Of a DNA stretch of 64,000 nucleotides, positions 28,338 to 37,485 are shown piece by piece (positions within the stretch are counted from its first letter, which is position 1; each line of letters begins with the position of its first letter). Origin of the DNA: an uncultured Actinomycetota bacterium (GTDB lineage Bacteria > Actinomycetota > Humimicrobiia > Humimicrobiales > Humimicrobiaceae). The notes under the pieces are model-generated. The model was not told the DNA's origin, ran no database searches, and saw only the letters and a program-made list of their open reading frames with translations. Made by a program: the position numbers and the translations under genes. Where the stretch lies: positions 6,920 through 70,919 of the forward strand of contig CAZLXJ010000055.1 of assembly GCA_964563645.1 (NCBI GenBank). Direction: 5' to 3'.

Positions 28338-28572
28338 TTGATTAAAGCATCACCAGACCCCCTGGCAGCCACAAGCCCTGATGGGAAAATAATAGATGTT
28401 AATGAAGCTATAGTAAAAGTTATCGGTGTTTTCAGGAAGAATCGTATTGGTACAGATTTTTCCAGCTATTTTACGGGACCTGAGAATTCCCGCGAAGGAT
28501 ACCGGTTTGTCTTTTCCATAAGCAGAGTAACAGATTATCCATTAACTATTCGGTACTCCAATTCAGCTTTTC
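28338..28572 (+). pseudogene. PAS-domain gene fragment (relic of a sensor protein)
   Basis: ASPDPLAATSPDGKIIDVNEAIVKVIGVFRKNRIGTDFSSYFTGPENSREGYRFVFSISRVTDYPLTIRYSN is a recognisable N-terminal two-thirds of a PAS fold. No usable RBS or start. Homology stops where the convergent radical SAM gene ends. Confidence 0.55.
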
Positions 28573-30026
28573 AAATAATATTTTTTCCAGACAGGATCAA
28601 AAAATTCTGCAAGTTCCCGGTCGTATTTTATCATCTTTTCATGAATATCTGATCTATATAGTAGATCATGGGCTGCCCTGTCTTCGGGTTCAGGCTCATA
28701 TTCCTCTATCCAATCCATAAACTGTTGATGGTGGTCTCTATATGGACATGGTCTTAACAGATTCCCATTTTCTGTTGCTCTTTTTTGTCCGTAACCAAAA
28801 TCTGTCTGCCATTTGCGTATTGCTTTAAAGAAAGCAGAGTTCCAGATATCATCAAGGGTCGTCTTTTTGTATCTGTATATATCGTATATGTTGCCAGCAG
28901 AGTAAGGGGTGAAGACGCAGGGCATTACTTTTCCATTCCAGTCTATATAAAAGTACCCGCCATCTCTTCCTGCTGCTATACATCCGTTCACCAGAGGTCC
29001 ATGGTTCCAAAAGTCTATGAGGAAATACCTTTTTTTCTCAATCTTGTTCCAGATCTTATTATAAAAATCAACTCTCTGAGAAGCAGTAGGCATGAGATCA
29101 AAATTAGGGTTTCTACCAATGGGAAGATATTGGAAGAAAAAACTGTAAAAAATTCCCTGTTCCTTAAAGAAAAAATCTAAAAATTTATCATCCAGCACGC
29201 TGGAGCAATTATACTTATTTACAGTAACTGATATACCAAATGGCAGCCCTGCATCCCGCATGAGGCTCATGGATTTTAACACTCTATTGAAGGTACCCCT
29301 TCCTCTCCTCTTATCAGTTGTTTCACGAAGTCCTTCAACGGAAAAGGCAGGAGTAAGGTTTTTGCATTCGGAAAGTTTTAATATCGTTTTCTTGTCTATG
29401 AGAGTTCCGTTTGTAAAAGACAAAAAAAGGCAATCTGGATTTTCTTTTGCTATTTCCATTATTCCTCTACCATCCGAAAAATAGGCAAAAGGTTCTCCTC
29501 CCGAAAAAACTATAAGTTTTATGCCCCATGTCTTTTTTACATCTTTTACAAGCTGGTCCAGAATATCCCATTCAAGTTTTGAGCTTATGGTTTCTGAACT
29601 TGCATAGCAGTCCCTGCATTTAAGATTACAGTAATGTCCAGGGCTTATCACTAAAAACCAGGGGGGATCACAGTGATATTTTTCATGGAATTCCGTTACT
29701 CCTGAATTATTCTGTCGGGGTATTATAAGTGATTTACTCCAGAGCCCGGCAATTACCTCTACAGCATCCTTTTTCAATATGCCCTTCTTAATAGACTCCT
29801 CCACCGAGTGTAGTATGGAATCTATCATCAATATTTTTTGTTCCTGTATACTTTTACAAGAATTATAGAATCTGCTTTTTTTATTTGTTTCAAGATATGA
29901 AGAGATTTTTCCCTTTAGATACCTGAGAAGTATAATCCTTAAAAAATCGTTGAAGAGAAGAAAGGTTATAAACCTGTATAGCAAATTACTGTTTTTTAAA
30001 GAAACCATTATCTTTAAAAAATTCAT
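28563..30026 (-). CDS. Radical SAM enzyme with C-terminal auxiliary-cluster region, paralog 2
   Basis: CNLKCRDCY (CX3CX2C), FSGGEPF, FTNGTLID, GCIAAGRDGGYFYIDWNGKVMPCVF. Collinear with 22100-23443. Confidence 0.85.
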   Translation of the reverse strand: MNFLKIMVSLKNSNLLYRFITFLLFNDFLRIILLRYLKGKISSYLETNKKSRFYNSCKSIQEQKILMIDSILHSVEESIKKGILKKDAVEVIAGLWSKSLIIPRQNNSGVTEFHEKYHCDPPWFLVISPGHYCNLKCRDCYASSETISSKLEWDILDQLVKDVKKTWGIKLIVFSGGEPFAYFSDGRGIMEIAKENPDCLFLSFTNGTLIDKKTILKLSECKNLTPAFSVEGLRETTDKRRGRGTFNRVLKSMSLMRDAGLPFGISVTVNKYNCSSVLDDKFLDFFFKEQGIFYSFFFQYLPIGRNPNFDLMPTASQRVDFYNKIWNKIEKKRYFLIDFWNHGPLVNGCIAAGRDGGYFYIDWNGKVMPCVFTPYSAGNIYDIYRYKKTTLDDIWNSAFFKAIRKWQTDFGYGQKRATENGNLLRPCPYRDHHQQFMDWIEEYEPEPEDRAAHDLLYRSDIHEKMIKYDRELAEFFDPVWKKYYLKS

Positions 30027-30250
30027 TTAAACCAAGAAAAATATACATTGAATGTTAAGGCATTTGAAACCTATTAAAAGCTCATATGAGTATTTTGCAA
30101 CACCACATCTTTAAAGAAATTCCCATACATTTTATAATTATATAATAATTTTCTGAATTATAATATGCATAATACGGCCATGCTTTCCATTGTTTTATTT
30201 TTTTATCTAATCAAAAAATTTGACATTTAAATTTATATATGAGATATTTG

Positions 30251-30290
30251 TCAAAATACTATTAATATGATAGTAATAATAGTATTTTGA
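30251..30290. repeat. Perfect 14-nt inverted repeat with 12-nt spacer in the rSAM-2 / sigma-factor divergent region
   Basis: TCAAAATACTATTA-N12-TAATAGTATTTTGA. Lies just downstream of a TTGACA-N17-GATATT candidate promoter and 28 nt upstream of the sigma factor ATG. Confidence 0.6.
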
Positions 30291-30317
30291 AATTTAAAAA
30301 AATGAGGCTTAAATAAA

Positions 30318-31178
30318 ATGACTTCAAAAACAAAATTAAAAATTGATTTTTTAAACAATAATTCGGCAAAGATGTATCTTAGTAATATCGGGAAAATAAG
30401 ACTGTTAACTGCAGATGAAGAATACAGACTTGCGCAGAAGATAAAAGAAGGCGATGAGGATTCAAAAAGAAGAATGGTTGAAGCAAACTTGAGGCTTGTT
30501 GTAAGCATCGCTAAAAAATACCTGAATAAAGGCCTGCTTTTTCTGGACCTGGTTCAGGAAGGAAATATGGGGCTTATAAGAGCTGCGGAAAAATTTGACC
30601 CGGAAAAAGGCTTTAAATTTTCAACTTATGCAACCTGGTGGATAAGACAGGGTATAACAAGGGCAATTGCTGACAGGGCAAGAACAATAAGAAAACCTGT
30701 ACATATAATAACACAGATATATAAATTATTTTCCACACAGGAAAAGCTGAGGGATATACTGGGAAGGGAACCCACCAGCAGGGAGATAGCCGGTGAGATG
30801 AATGTAAAAATAGAAAAAGTAGAAAAACTCATGGAGATATCGCAGGAACCGCTGTCCCTTGATGAACCTTACGGTGAAGAAAGGGAAGAGACTTTTGGAA
30901 ATTTTATAGAGGATAATAAAATTGAAAACCCTATTGAAAGTGCAATGGATTCGGGGCTCCGGTACCAGATAATCTCTGTACTTGATACGCTTGAAGGCAG
31001 GGAGAAAAATATTATAGAACAGAGATTCGGGCTCAGTGATGGAAACCCCAGGACACTTGAAGAAGTGGGCAGAAATTTTAATCTTACCAGGGAAAGAATA
31101 AGGCAGATAGAAAACGAAGCACTTGAAAAACTGAGACACCCCTACAGAAGTAGGAGCCTTAAGGATTTTTTGAAATAG
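30318..31178 (+). CDS. RNA polymerase sigma factor, RpoD/SigA family, compact (no region 1.1)
   Basis: Regions 2-4: [70 protein letters not shown]. Confidence 0.85.
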   Translation: MTSKTKLKIDFLNNNSAKMYLSNIGKIRLLTADEEYRLAQKIKEGDEDSKRRMVEANLRLVVSIAKKYLNKGLLFLDLVQEGNMGLIRAAEKFDPEKGFKFSTYATWWIRQGITRAIADRARTIRKPVHIITQIYKLFSTQEKLRDILGREPTSREIAGEMNVKIEKVEKLMEISQEPLSLDEPYGEEREETFGNFIEDNKIENPIESAMDSGLRYQIISVLDTLEGREKNIIEQRFGLSDGNPRTLEEVGRNFNLTRERIRQIENEALEKLRHPYRSRSLKDFLK

Positions 31179-31486
31179 TACGGGAAAAAGATATAGAAAG
31201 AATTTTTAGACTCATATATCCAATTCCCGGTATACTCATTTTATTAAAGGCTCTCCAGGATAGAAGATATATTTTTGGCGTAATCAAGAAGTAAAATAAT
31301 ATTTTTTACAAATTACATACTCCTTCATTCCACATAAATTTATTTTAAAAATTCACTGATAATTTTTAATGGAATTCTATAAAAAATTACCTGATATCAG
31401 CAATTCCCATATGATGCTATATTTTAAAATGTAACCGGATAATTGTACCCTGATTAAAAAAATTTCCAGGAAAATTAAAAATAATA

Positions 31487-31526
31487 TTGCATAATATTTA
31501 ATAATTATGTATAATATGCAAATATT
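31487..31526 (+). promoter_or_regulatory. Candidate argC promoter (TTGCAT-N17-TATAAT) overlapped by AT-rich ARG-box-like dyads
   Basis: TTGCATAATATTTAA and TGTATAATATGCA resemble, imperfectly, the TGAAT-N4-ATTCA ARG box. argR is encoded in the operon. Confidence 0.3.
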
Positions 31527-31541
31527 ATTATTGGAGTTATT

Positions 31542-32597
31542 ATGAAAAAGAAGATAAATATAGGAATAATAGGAGGTTCCGGATACACAGGACTGGAACT
31601 TATGAAGATACTGGGAAATCACAAATACAGCAATGTAAAATTTATAACTTCCAGGAAACTTAACGGGGAAAAGCTGTCTGATGCATTCCCATCTTTTTTA
31701 CAGAGCAAATATAACAACCTTTTATTTATAGCTATTCCGGATGAGTGGGATTTTCAGGGTATTGATATTTTATTTTTATGTCTGCCTCCGAAAAGCTCAA
31801 TGGAGTTTGTCAAAAATAATTATGGCAGGGGAAACTTTAAGATAATAGATATAGGCTCGGATTTCAGATTAAAAAAGGCAGCTGATTACAGTTTCTGGTA
31901 TAAAACCGATCATGTTGCCCCTGAACTGCTGGAAAAATTTACGTACGGTCTGCCGGAGGTCAACAGAAAAAAAATAAAAACGAGCAAAAACATATCTAAT
32001 CCCGGCTGTTATCCGACTTCAGTTCTTCTTGGCCTTGCACCTCTTTTAAAGAGTGGCTACAGGATAGAAAGCATAAATGTAGATTCAAAATCAGGTGTTA
32101 CCGGAGCAGGCAGGAAGTTAAAAGAGGCATATCTTTTTGGAAACCTGGATAATAATTTTTATGCATACAGTTCTTCAGGACACAGGCATACAGGGGAAAT
32201 TGAGCAGGAGATTAAAAAAATATGCGGCTATGGGTTAAAAATAGACTTTACGCCGCATCTTCTTCCTCTAAACAGGGGAATTTTTTCTTCAATTTACTGC
32301 AAAATAAGAGAGGCCGGTAATATTGAGGATAATATTATAGATATTTATGAAAAATTTTATAAAGACAGTATATTTGTTAAGTTTCTGGGTAGAGGTATAC
32401 CGGAGATAAAAAATGTCACGGGTACCAACCTCTGTATGTTGGGAATAGATTATGATATTAGAACCGGTACTTTAAAAATATTCAGTGCTATAGACAACCT
32501 TCTAAAGGGAGCTGCCGGGCAGGCTGTTCAGAATATGAATATTATGATGGGATTTGAGGAAGACGAAGGTTTGAAAAGTCCGGGGATATACAGTTGA
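31542..32597 (+). CDS. argC: N-acetyl-gamma-glutamyl-phosphate reductase
   Basis: IGIIGGSGYTG, NPGCYPTS active-site Cys context. Confidence 0.9.
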   Translation: MKKKINIGIIGGSGYTGLELMKILGNHKYSNVKFITSRKLNGEKLSDAFPSFLQSKYNNLLFIAIPDEWDFQGIDILFLCLPPKSSMEFVKNNYGRGNFKIIDIGSDFRLKKAADYSFWYKTDHVAPELLEKFTYGLPEVNRKKIKTSKNISNPGCYPTSVLLGLAPLLKSGYRIESINVDSKSGVTGAGRKLKEAYLFGNLDNNFYAYSSSGHRHTGEIEQEIKKICGYGLKIDFTPHLLPLNRGIFSSIYCKIREAGNIEDNIIDIYEKFYKDSIFVKFLGRGIPEIKNVTGTNLCMLGIDYDIRTGTLKIFSAIDNLLKGAAGQAVQNMNIMMGFEEDEGLKSPGIYS

Positions 32598-32637
32598 TAA
32601 TATCAGATTATGACAGGTGACGGAGTACTTTTAAAAT

Positions 32638-33876
32638 ATGGCAGGCAGCATAACAAAAGAATGGGAATTAGTAAAAAACGGGAGCATAACCTCTGTTCCC
32701 GGATTTATGGCCGGGAGCTCTCATTGCGGACTTAAAAGTTCAGGAAAAAAACCTGATATTTGCATATTGTATGCCCCGGATGGGTGTATATGCAGCGGAG
32801 TTTTTACAAAAAATAGATTTAAAGCTGCTCCGGTGATAATAGACCAGGAAATTCTTAAGACAGGTAATATAATAAAAGCGGTTATCGTAAATAGCGGTGT
32901 CGCAAATGCATGCACCGGGAAAAAAGGTATGGAAAATGCGTTGTTGACAATAAAGCTGGCAGGACAGGAGATCGGTATAGAAGAGAAAAATGTCCTTGTC
33001 GCTTCAACTGGAATAATAGGGAAGCAGCTGCCAATGGATAAGATTAAGAATGGTATAATAGAATCTGCAGCTAAACTTGATTATAACAGCGGCAGGGAAG
33101 CTGCACGTGCAATTATGACTACCGACAAGGTCGAGAAAGAAATTGCCATAAGCAGGGCGCTTTATGATAATAAAAAGATAAATATCGGCGGAATTGCAAA
33201 AGGTTCGGGGATGATAGAACCAGATATGGCAACAATGCTGGCTTTTATAGCTACTGATATTTCTATCAAAAAGAAGCTTCTGGATAAAATAATAAAAAAA
33301 GCAAACAAATATAGTTTTAATAGTATAACTGTAGATGGCTGCCAGAGTACAAATGACATGGTAATTGTTATGGCAAACGGTAAAAGCGGAATTGAAATAA
33401 AAGATGAAAACGATAAAAACTACAAAATATTTTCAAAAGGCCTGTCTTTTGTAATGGAAGAGCTCGCAAAAAAAATTGTAATGGATGGAGAAGGCGCTAC
33501 AAAATTTATTGAAATTATGGTAGAAGGAGCGCTCAGCAACAGACAGGCAAAAAAGGCGGCATCTAAAATAGCAAATTCAAATCTATTTAAAGCGGCTATT
33601 TTTGGCAGGGATCTTAACTGGGGCCGTATAATTGCCGCACTTGGATCTTCAGGTTGTGATTTCTATCCTGAAAACATAGACATCTATCTTAATGATATGA
33701 AGATTGTAAGCAGCGGAATGGGTATGGATATAAAGAAGGAAATAAAAGAAAAGATTTTCAAAGAAAGGAAATTGTATTTCAGGATAGACCTGAAAAACGG
33801 GGGAGGACATTCAAAAGTCTGGTCTTCAGATCTTTCATTTGATTATATAAAGATAAACGCCATGTACCATAATTGA
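32638..33876 (+). CDS. argJ: Bifunctional ornithine acetyltransferase / N-acetylglutamate synthase
   Basis: GFMAGSSHCGLK, self-processing site PDMATMLAF, KGSGMI. Confidence 0.9.
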   Translation: MAGSITKEWELVKNGSITSVPGFMAGSSHCGLKSSGKKPDICILYAPDGCICSGVFTKNRFKAAPVIIDQEILKTGNIIKAVIVNSGVANACTGKKGMENALLTIKLAGQEIGIEEKNVLVASTGIIGKQLPMDKIKNGIIESAAKLDYNSGREAARAIMTTDKVEKEIAISRALYDNKKINIGGIAKGSGMIEPDMATMLAFIATDISIKKKLLDKIIKKANKYSFNSITVDGCQSTNDMVIVMANGKSGIEIKDENDKNYKIFSKGLSFVMEELAKKIVMDGEGATKFIEIMVEGALSNRQAKKAASKIANSNLFKAAIFGRDLNWGRIIAALGSSGCDFYPENIDIYLNDMKIVSSGMGMDIKKEIKEKIFKERKLYFRIDLKNGGGHSKVWSSDLSFDYIKINAMYHN

Positions 33877-33904
33877 GAATAAAACATAATAAAAGGGACA
33901 GGAG

Positions 33905-34837
33905 ATGACGGATTTTAATAAAATTAATAAATATTTCAATGATAAAACTAAAAAAGGTGATTCATATCTTAGAAAGGCTGCAATACTTCTGGAATCTCTT
34001 CCATATATCAAACAGTATTCAAATAAGATAGTAGTTGTAAAAATAGGCGGAAGCATGATGGAAGATGAAAGAATCATTAAGAGTGTGCTTGACGATCTGG
34101 TTCTTATGAAATTTGTCGGCATAAGAGTCGTGCTTGTGCATGGAGGAGGTAAACAGATAACAGGACTAATGAAGGAAAAGGGGATTAAAGCTGAATTTGT
34201 TGACGGTCTTAGGATTACCAGCGGGGAAGTAATAGATATTGTAAAAATGGTACTTATTGGAAGTATAAATTCCAGACTTGTCTCATACCTTAACAGGCAT
34301 GGAGATATTGCTATAGGTATATCTGGTAACGATGCTAATTTTATTAAATGTACCAAGAAGCAGTATTCAAAGAATGGAAAAAAAATTGATCTTGGTTTTG
34401 TAGGCGATATTAAAAGCATAAACCGGAAGTTTCTTGATGATATTATTCATAACAACTATATTCCTGTAGTTGCAACACTTGGCGTTGATGAAAATGGAGA
34501 CCTATATAATATCAATGCAGATTCATGTGCATCCGACATTGCGGCAGCACTTGATGCAGAAAAAATGATAATACTGACAGATGTTGACGGGATAATAGAT
34601 GAGGAAAATGGTAATAAAAAACTTATATCCAGGCTGAGTTCTAAAGAATGTTTTAAATTAATAGAAAATGGGAAAATAAGCTCCGGTATGATACCCAAGG
34701 TGAAAGCATGTATAAGAGCGCTGTCTTTGAAAGTAGGCAGGACACATATATTGAATGGTACTACGGAACATTCAATACTTGTTGAAATCTTTACCGATAG
34801 GGGAATAGGTACCATGATAACAGGAAACGAGGTTTGA
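33905..34837 (+). CDS. argB: Acetylglutamate kinase
   Basis: VVKIGGSMM, VLVHGGG, amino-acid kinase fold pattern. Confidence 0.9.
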   Translation: MTDFNKINKYFNDKTKKGDSYLRKAAILLESLPYIKQYSNKIVVVKIGGSMMEDERIIKSVLDDLVLMKFVGIRVVLVHGGGKQITGLMKEKGIKAEFVDGLRITSGEVIDIVKMVLIGSINSRLVSYLNRHGDIAIGISGNDANFIKCTKKQYSKNGKKIDLGFVGDIKSINRKFLDDIIHNNYIPVVATLGVDENGDLYNINADSCASDIAAALDAEKMIILTDVDGIIDEENGNKKLISRLSSKECFKLIENGKISSGMIPKVKACIRALSLKVGRTHILNGTTEHSILVEIFTDRGIGTMITGNEV

Positions 34838-34848
34838 AGGTAAATATT

Positions 34849-36078
34849 ATGAATAACATTAATAATAGTGCAGTTTTTAACCGCGGAAATAAGTATCTGA
34901 TGCATACATACAGCCGATTGCCGGTGGTCTTTAAGAAAGCAGATATGCAGTATTTATGGGATATTGAAGGTAGAAGGTATTTAGATTTTATAGCCGGCTA
35001 CGGCTGTCTGAATGTCGGGCACAGCAATAAATATATAGTTAAGGCTCTTTTAAAACAGATCCCCCTTATAATACAACCTTCAAACCTGTATTATAATTTA
35101 CCACAGATTGAACTGGCAGAAAAGCTTTGTGAAATTTCAGGATTCGGCCAGAAAGTCTTTTTTGCAAATAGCGGGACTGAATCAATTGAAGCGGCAATAA
35201 AACTGGCCAGAAAGTATTCTACGGATAAGTATGAAAATAAACGTATTGAGATAATAACTTTTAACCGTTCTTTCCATGGGAGGACTATGGGAGCCCTTTC
35301 AGCAACCGCACAGGCTAAAAAACAGAAAAAGTTTGAACCGCTTCTTAAAGGTTTTGCATACAGCGAGTTTAATAATATAGAAAAAGTAAAAGAACTTGTA
35401 AACGAAAAGACCTGTGCAATAATGTTGGAACCTGTTCAGGGAGAGGGCGGGATATACCCTGCAGATAAAAAATTCATGGAATATTTAAGGGATATCTGTA
35501 ATAAAAGGGATATATTACTAATTTTTGATGAGGTTCAGACAGGTTTTGGAAGAACAGGAAAAATGTTTGCATATGAAAATTATGGAATAAAACCCGACAT
35601 TCTTGTAATAGCAAAGAGTCTTGGAGGAGGAATGCCCATAGGAGCAATAATATCCACCGATGAAATAAGCAGATCATTTGCTCCCGGGATGCATGGTTCA
35701 ACGTTTGGCGGAAATACAGCATCCTGCGCAGCAGGAATTGCAGTGATTGATTATCTTCTGGGGAATAAAATTCCGGAGAGGGCCGAAAAGCTTGGAAAAT
35801 ATTTTATTTCAGAACTGAGAAAAATTCAGAATAAGTATAATATAATAAAAGAAGCCAGGGGGATGGGACTTATGGTTGCTATGGAGTATTCAGAACCTGC
35901 TGCATCAAGGTTTGTAGACGATGCATTAAAAGATGGGATTATATTAAACAGGGTATCGGATTATATTTTAAGGTTTCTCCCTCCTTTAATAATAACAAAG
36001 GCCAATATAGACAAACTGGTGAGCTGGCTCGATAGGGAGAGCGGGGTGATTGAAAATGAAAAAAATAAAAAAGATTGA
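34849..36078 (+). CDS. argD: Acetylornithine aminotransferase
   Basis: FANSGTESIEAAIKLAR, DEVQTGFGRTG, AKSLGGGMPIG (PLP Lys). ATG at 34849 has a GAAGG RBS. Confidence 0.9.
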   Translation: MNNINNSAVFNRGNKYLMHTYSRLPVVFKKADMQYLWDIEGRRYLDFIAGYGCLNVGHSNKYIVKALLKQIPLIIQPSNLYYNLPQIELAEKLCEISGFGQKVFFANSGTESIEAAIKLARKYSTDKYENKRIEIITFNRSFHGRTMGALSATAQAKKQKKFEPLLKGFAYSEFNNIEKVKELVNEKTCAIMLEPVQGEGGIYPADKKFMEYLRDICNKRDILLIFDEVQTGFGRTGKMFAYENYGIKPDILVIAKSLGGGMPIGAIISTDEISRSFAPGMHGSTFGGNTASCAAGIAVIDYLLGNKIPERAEKLGKYFISELRKIQNKYNIIKEARGMGLMVAMEYSEPAASRFVDDALKDGIILNRVSDYILRFLPPLIITKANIDKLVSWLDRESGVIENEKNKKD

Positions 36079-36976
36079 TTTTTTAACTTTAAAGGATTTT
36101 GATAAAGATAATTTAATTGAACTTATAGATCTAACCAAAGTTGTTAAAAAAAATCCCAAAAAGTATACAAAAGTACTGAAAGATAAAAATATTGCACTTT
36201 TATTCGATAAGCATTCCACAAGGACAAGGCTCTCTTTTGAGGCAGGGATAAGCCAGATGGGCGGTAATGCAATCTATCTTGATTCAAAGAGTCTTCAGCT
36301 TTCCAGGGGTGAGAATTACAGTGACACTGCAAAAATATTTTCAGGATATCTTGACGGGGTTGTAATAAGGACTTTTGAGCACAAGATAGTGGAAATATTT
36401 GCAGAAAACTCTTCCATACCCGTAATAAATGGATTAACAGATTCCTATCATCCGTGCCAGATACTTTCAGACCTTTTTACGATTAAAGAACTTGGCCTGT
36501 TGAAGCCGGACCTAAGATTCACATACCTTGGAGACAGCAATAATGTCACAAATAGTCTTATGATAGGCCTGTCAAAACTGGGTATGGGGATTACAATAGG
36601 ATTTCCTGCTGAATATAGTCCTTCTCCTTTGATGATTGAATACTGCAATGAGATTGATGGCTCAAACGTTATTCTGGAGAACGACCCGGAAAGAGCAGTC
36701 AGGGATGCCGATATAATATATACAGATGTATGGGTCAGCATGGGTGATTCTGACAGTAAAGATAAAATAAAAAGATTAACTCCCTATCAGGTAAATAAAA
36801 ATATTGTAGAATATGCAAGCAGCAATGTGAAGATAATGCATTGTCTGCCGGCCCACAGAGGAGAGGAAATAACGTCTGATATAATTGATGGTAAAAATTC
36901 AGTAATATTCCAGCAGGCAGAGAACAGGCTTTATGCGCAGAAGGCTTTGCTCGCATATATTTATAACAGGCTATAA
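36050..36976 (+). CDS. argF: Ornithine carbamoyltransferase
   Basis: STRTRLSFE, HPCQILSD, HCLPAHRGEE. Confidence 0.9.
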   Translation: MKMKKIKKIDFLTLKDFDKDNLIELIDLTKVVKKNPKKYTKVLKDKNIALLFDKHSTRTRLSFEAGISQMGGNAIYLDSKSLQLSRGENYSDTAKIFSGYLDGVVIRTFEHKIVEIFAENSSIPVINGLTDSYHPCQILSDLFTIKELGLLKPDLRFTYLGDSNNVTNSLMIGLSKLGMGITIGFPAEYSPSPLMIEYCNEIDGSNVILENDPERAVRDADIIYTDVWVSMGDSDSKDKIKRLTPYQVNKNIVEYASSNVKIMHCLPAHRGEEITSDIIDGKNSVIFQQAENRLYAQKALLAYIYNRL

Positions 36977-36990
36977 AAGCGGGGTCAGGA

Positions 36991-37446
36991 TTGAAAAAAA
37001 GAGAAAGGCTCAAAGCTATAGAAGAATTAATGGAAAGTAAAAAAATATCTTCCCAGGAAGAGCTGGTAAAAGAGCTTAAAAGGAAGGGTTGCAATATAAC
37101 ACAGTCTACGATTTCAAGAGATCTCTATGAGCTAAGGGTAATAAAAGTGAGAAATCATCTGGGTGAAGAATATTATTCTTCCGAAAGCAGATTTCGTAGA
37201 GACAGTATGTTTAATTTTGAGAAGCTAAGTTCAAAATTTAGAAGCAGTGTCCTTTCGGTAATGCAGGCAAAAAATATACTGGTTATAAAGACATACCCGG
37301 GTGAAGCCCAGGGTACTGCTGCTGTAATAGACGGGATGAACTTTGTTGAAATACTTGGTACTGTTGCCGGAGACGATACAGTAATATCTGTTTCTGACAG
37401 CGAAGAGCATGCAGGATCCATAAAAGAATTTATGGAAAAACAGTAA
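36991..37446 (+). CDS. argR: Arginine repressor
   Basis: KKRERLKAIEELMESKKISSQEELVKELKRKGCNITQSTISRDLYELRVIKV winged HTH and C-terminal GTVAGDDT arginine-binding motif. TTG start. Confidence 0.85.
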   Translation: MKKRERLKAIEELMESKKISSQEELVKELKRKGCNITQSTISRDLYELRVIKVRNHLGEEYYSSESRFRRDSMFNFEKLSSKFRSSVLSVMQAKNILVIKTYPGEAQGTAAVIDGMNFVEILGTVAGDDTVISVSDSEEHAGSIKEFMEKQ

Positions 37447-37485
37447 GGTGAATTTTTATTGGATTAACAATTGAAAGGCAGGGAA

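Noticed and set aside
28573-28652. C-terminal part of the 28338-28652 track ORF
   Set aside because: PAS similarity ends near 28572. The remainder is the antisense of the radical SAM gene's 3' end, so it is not coding.
31377-31622. 81-aa minus-strand ORF spanning the argC start region
   Set aside because: Extremely AT-rich, overlaps the argC promoter and start, and has no motifs. Judged a chance ORF.
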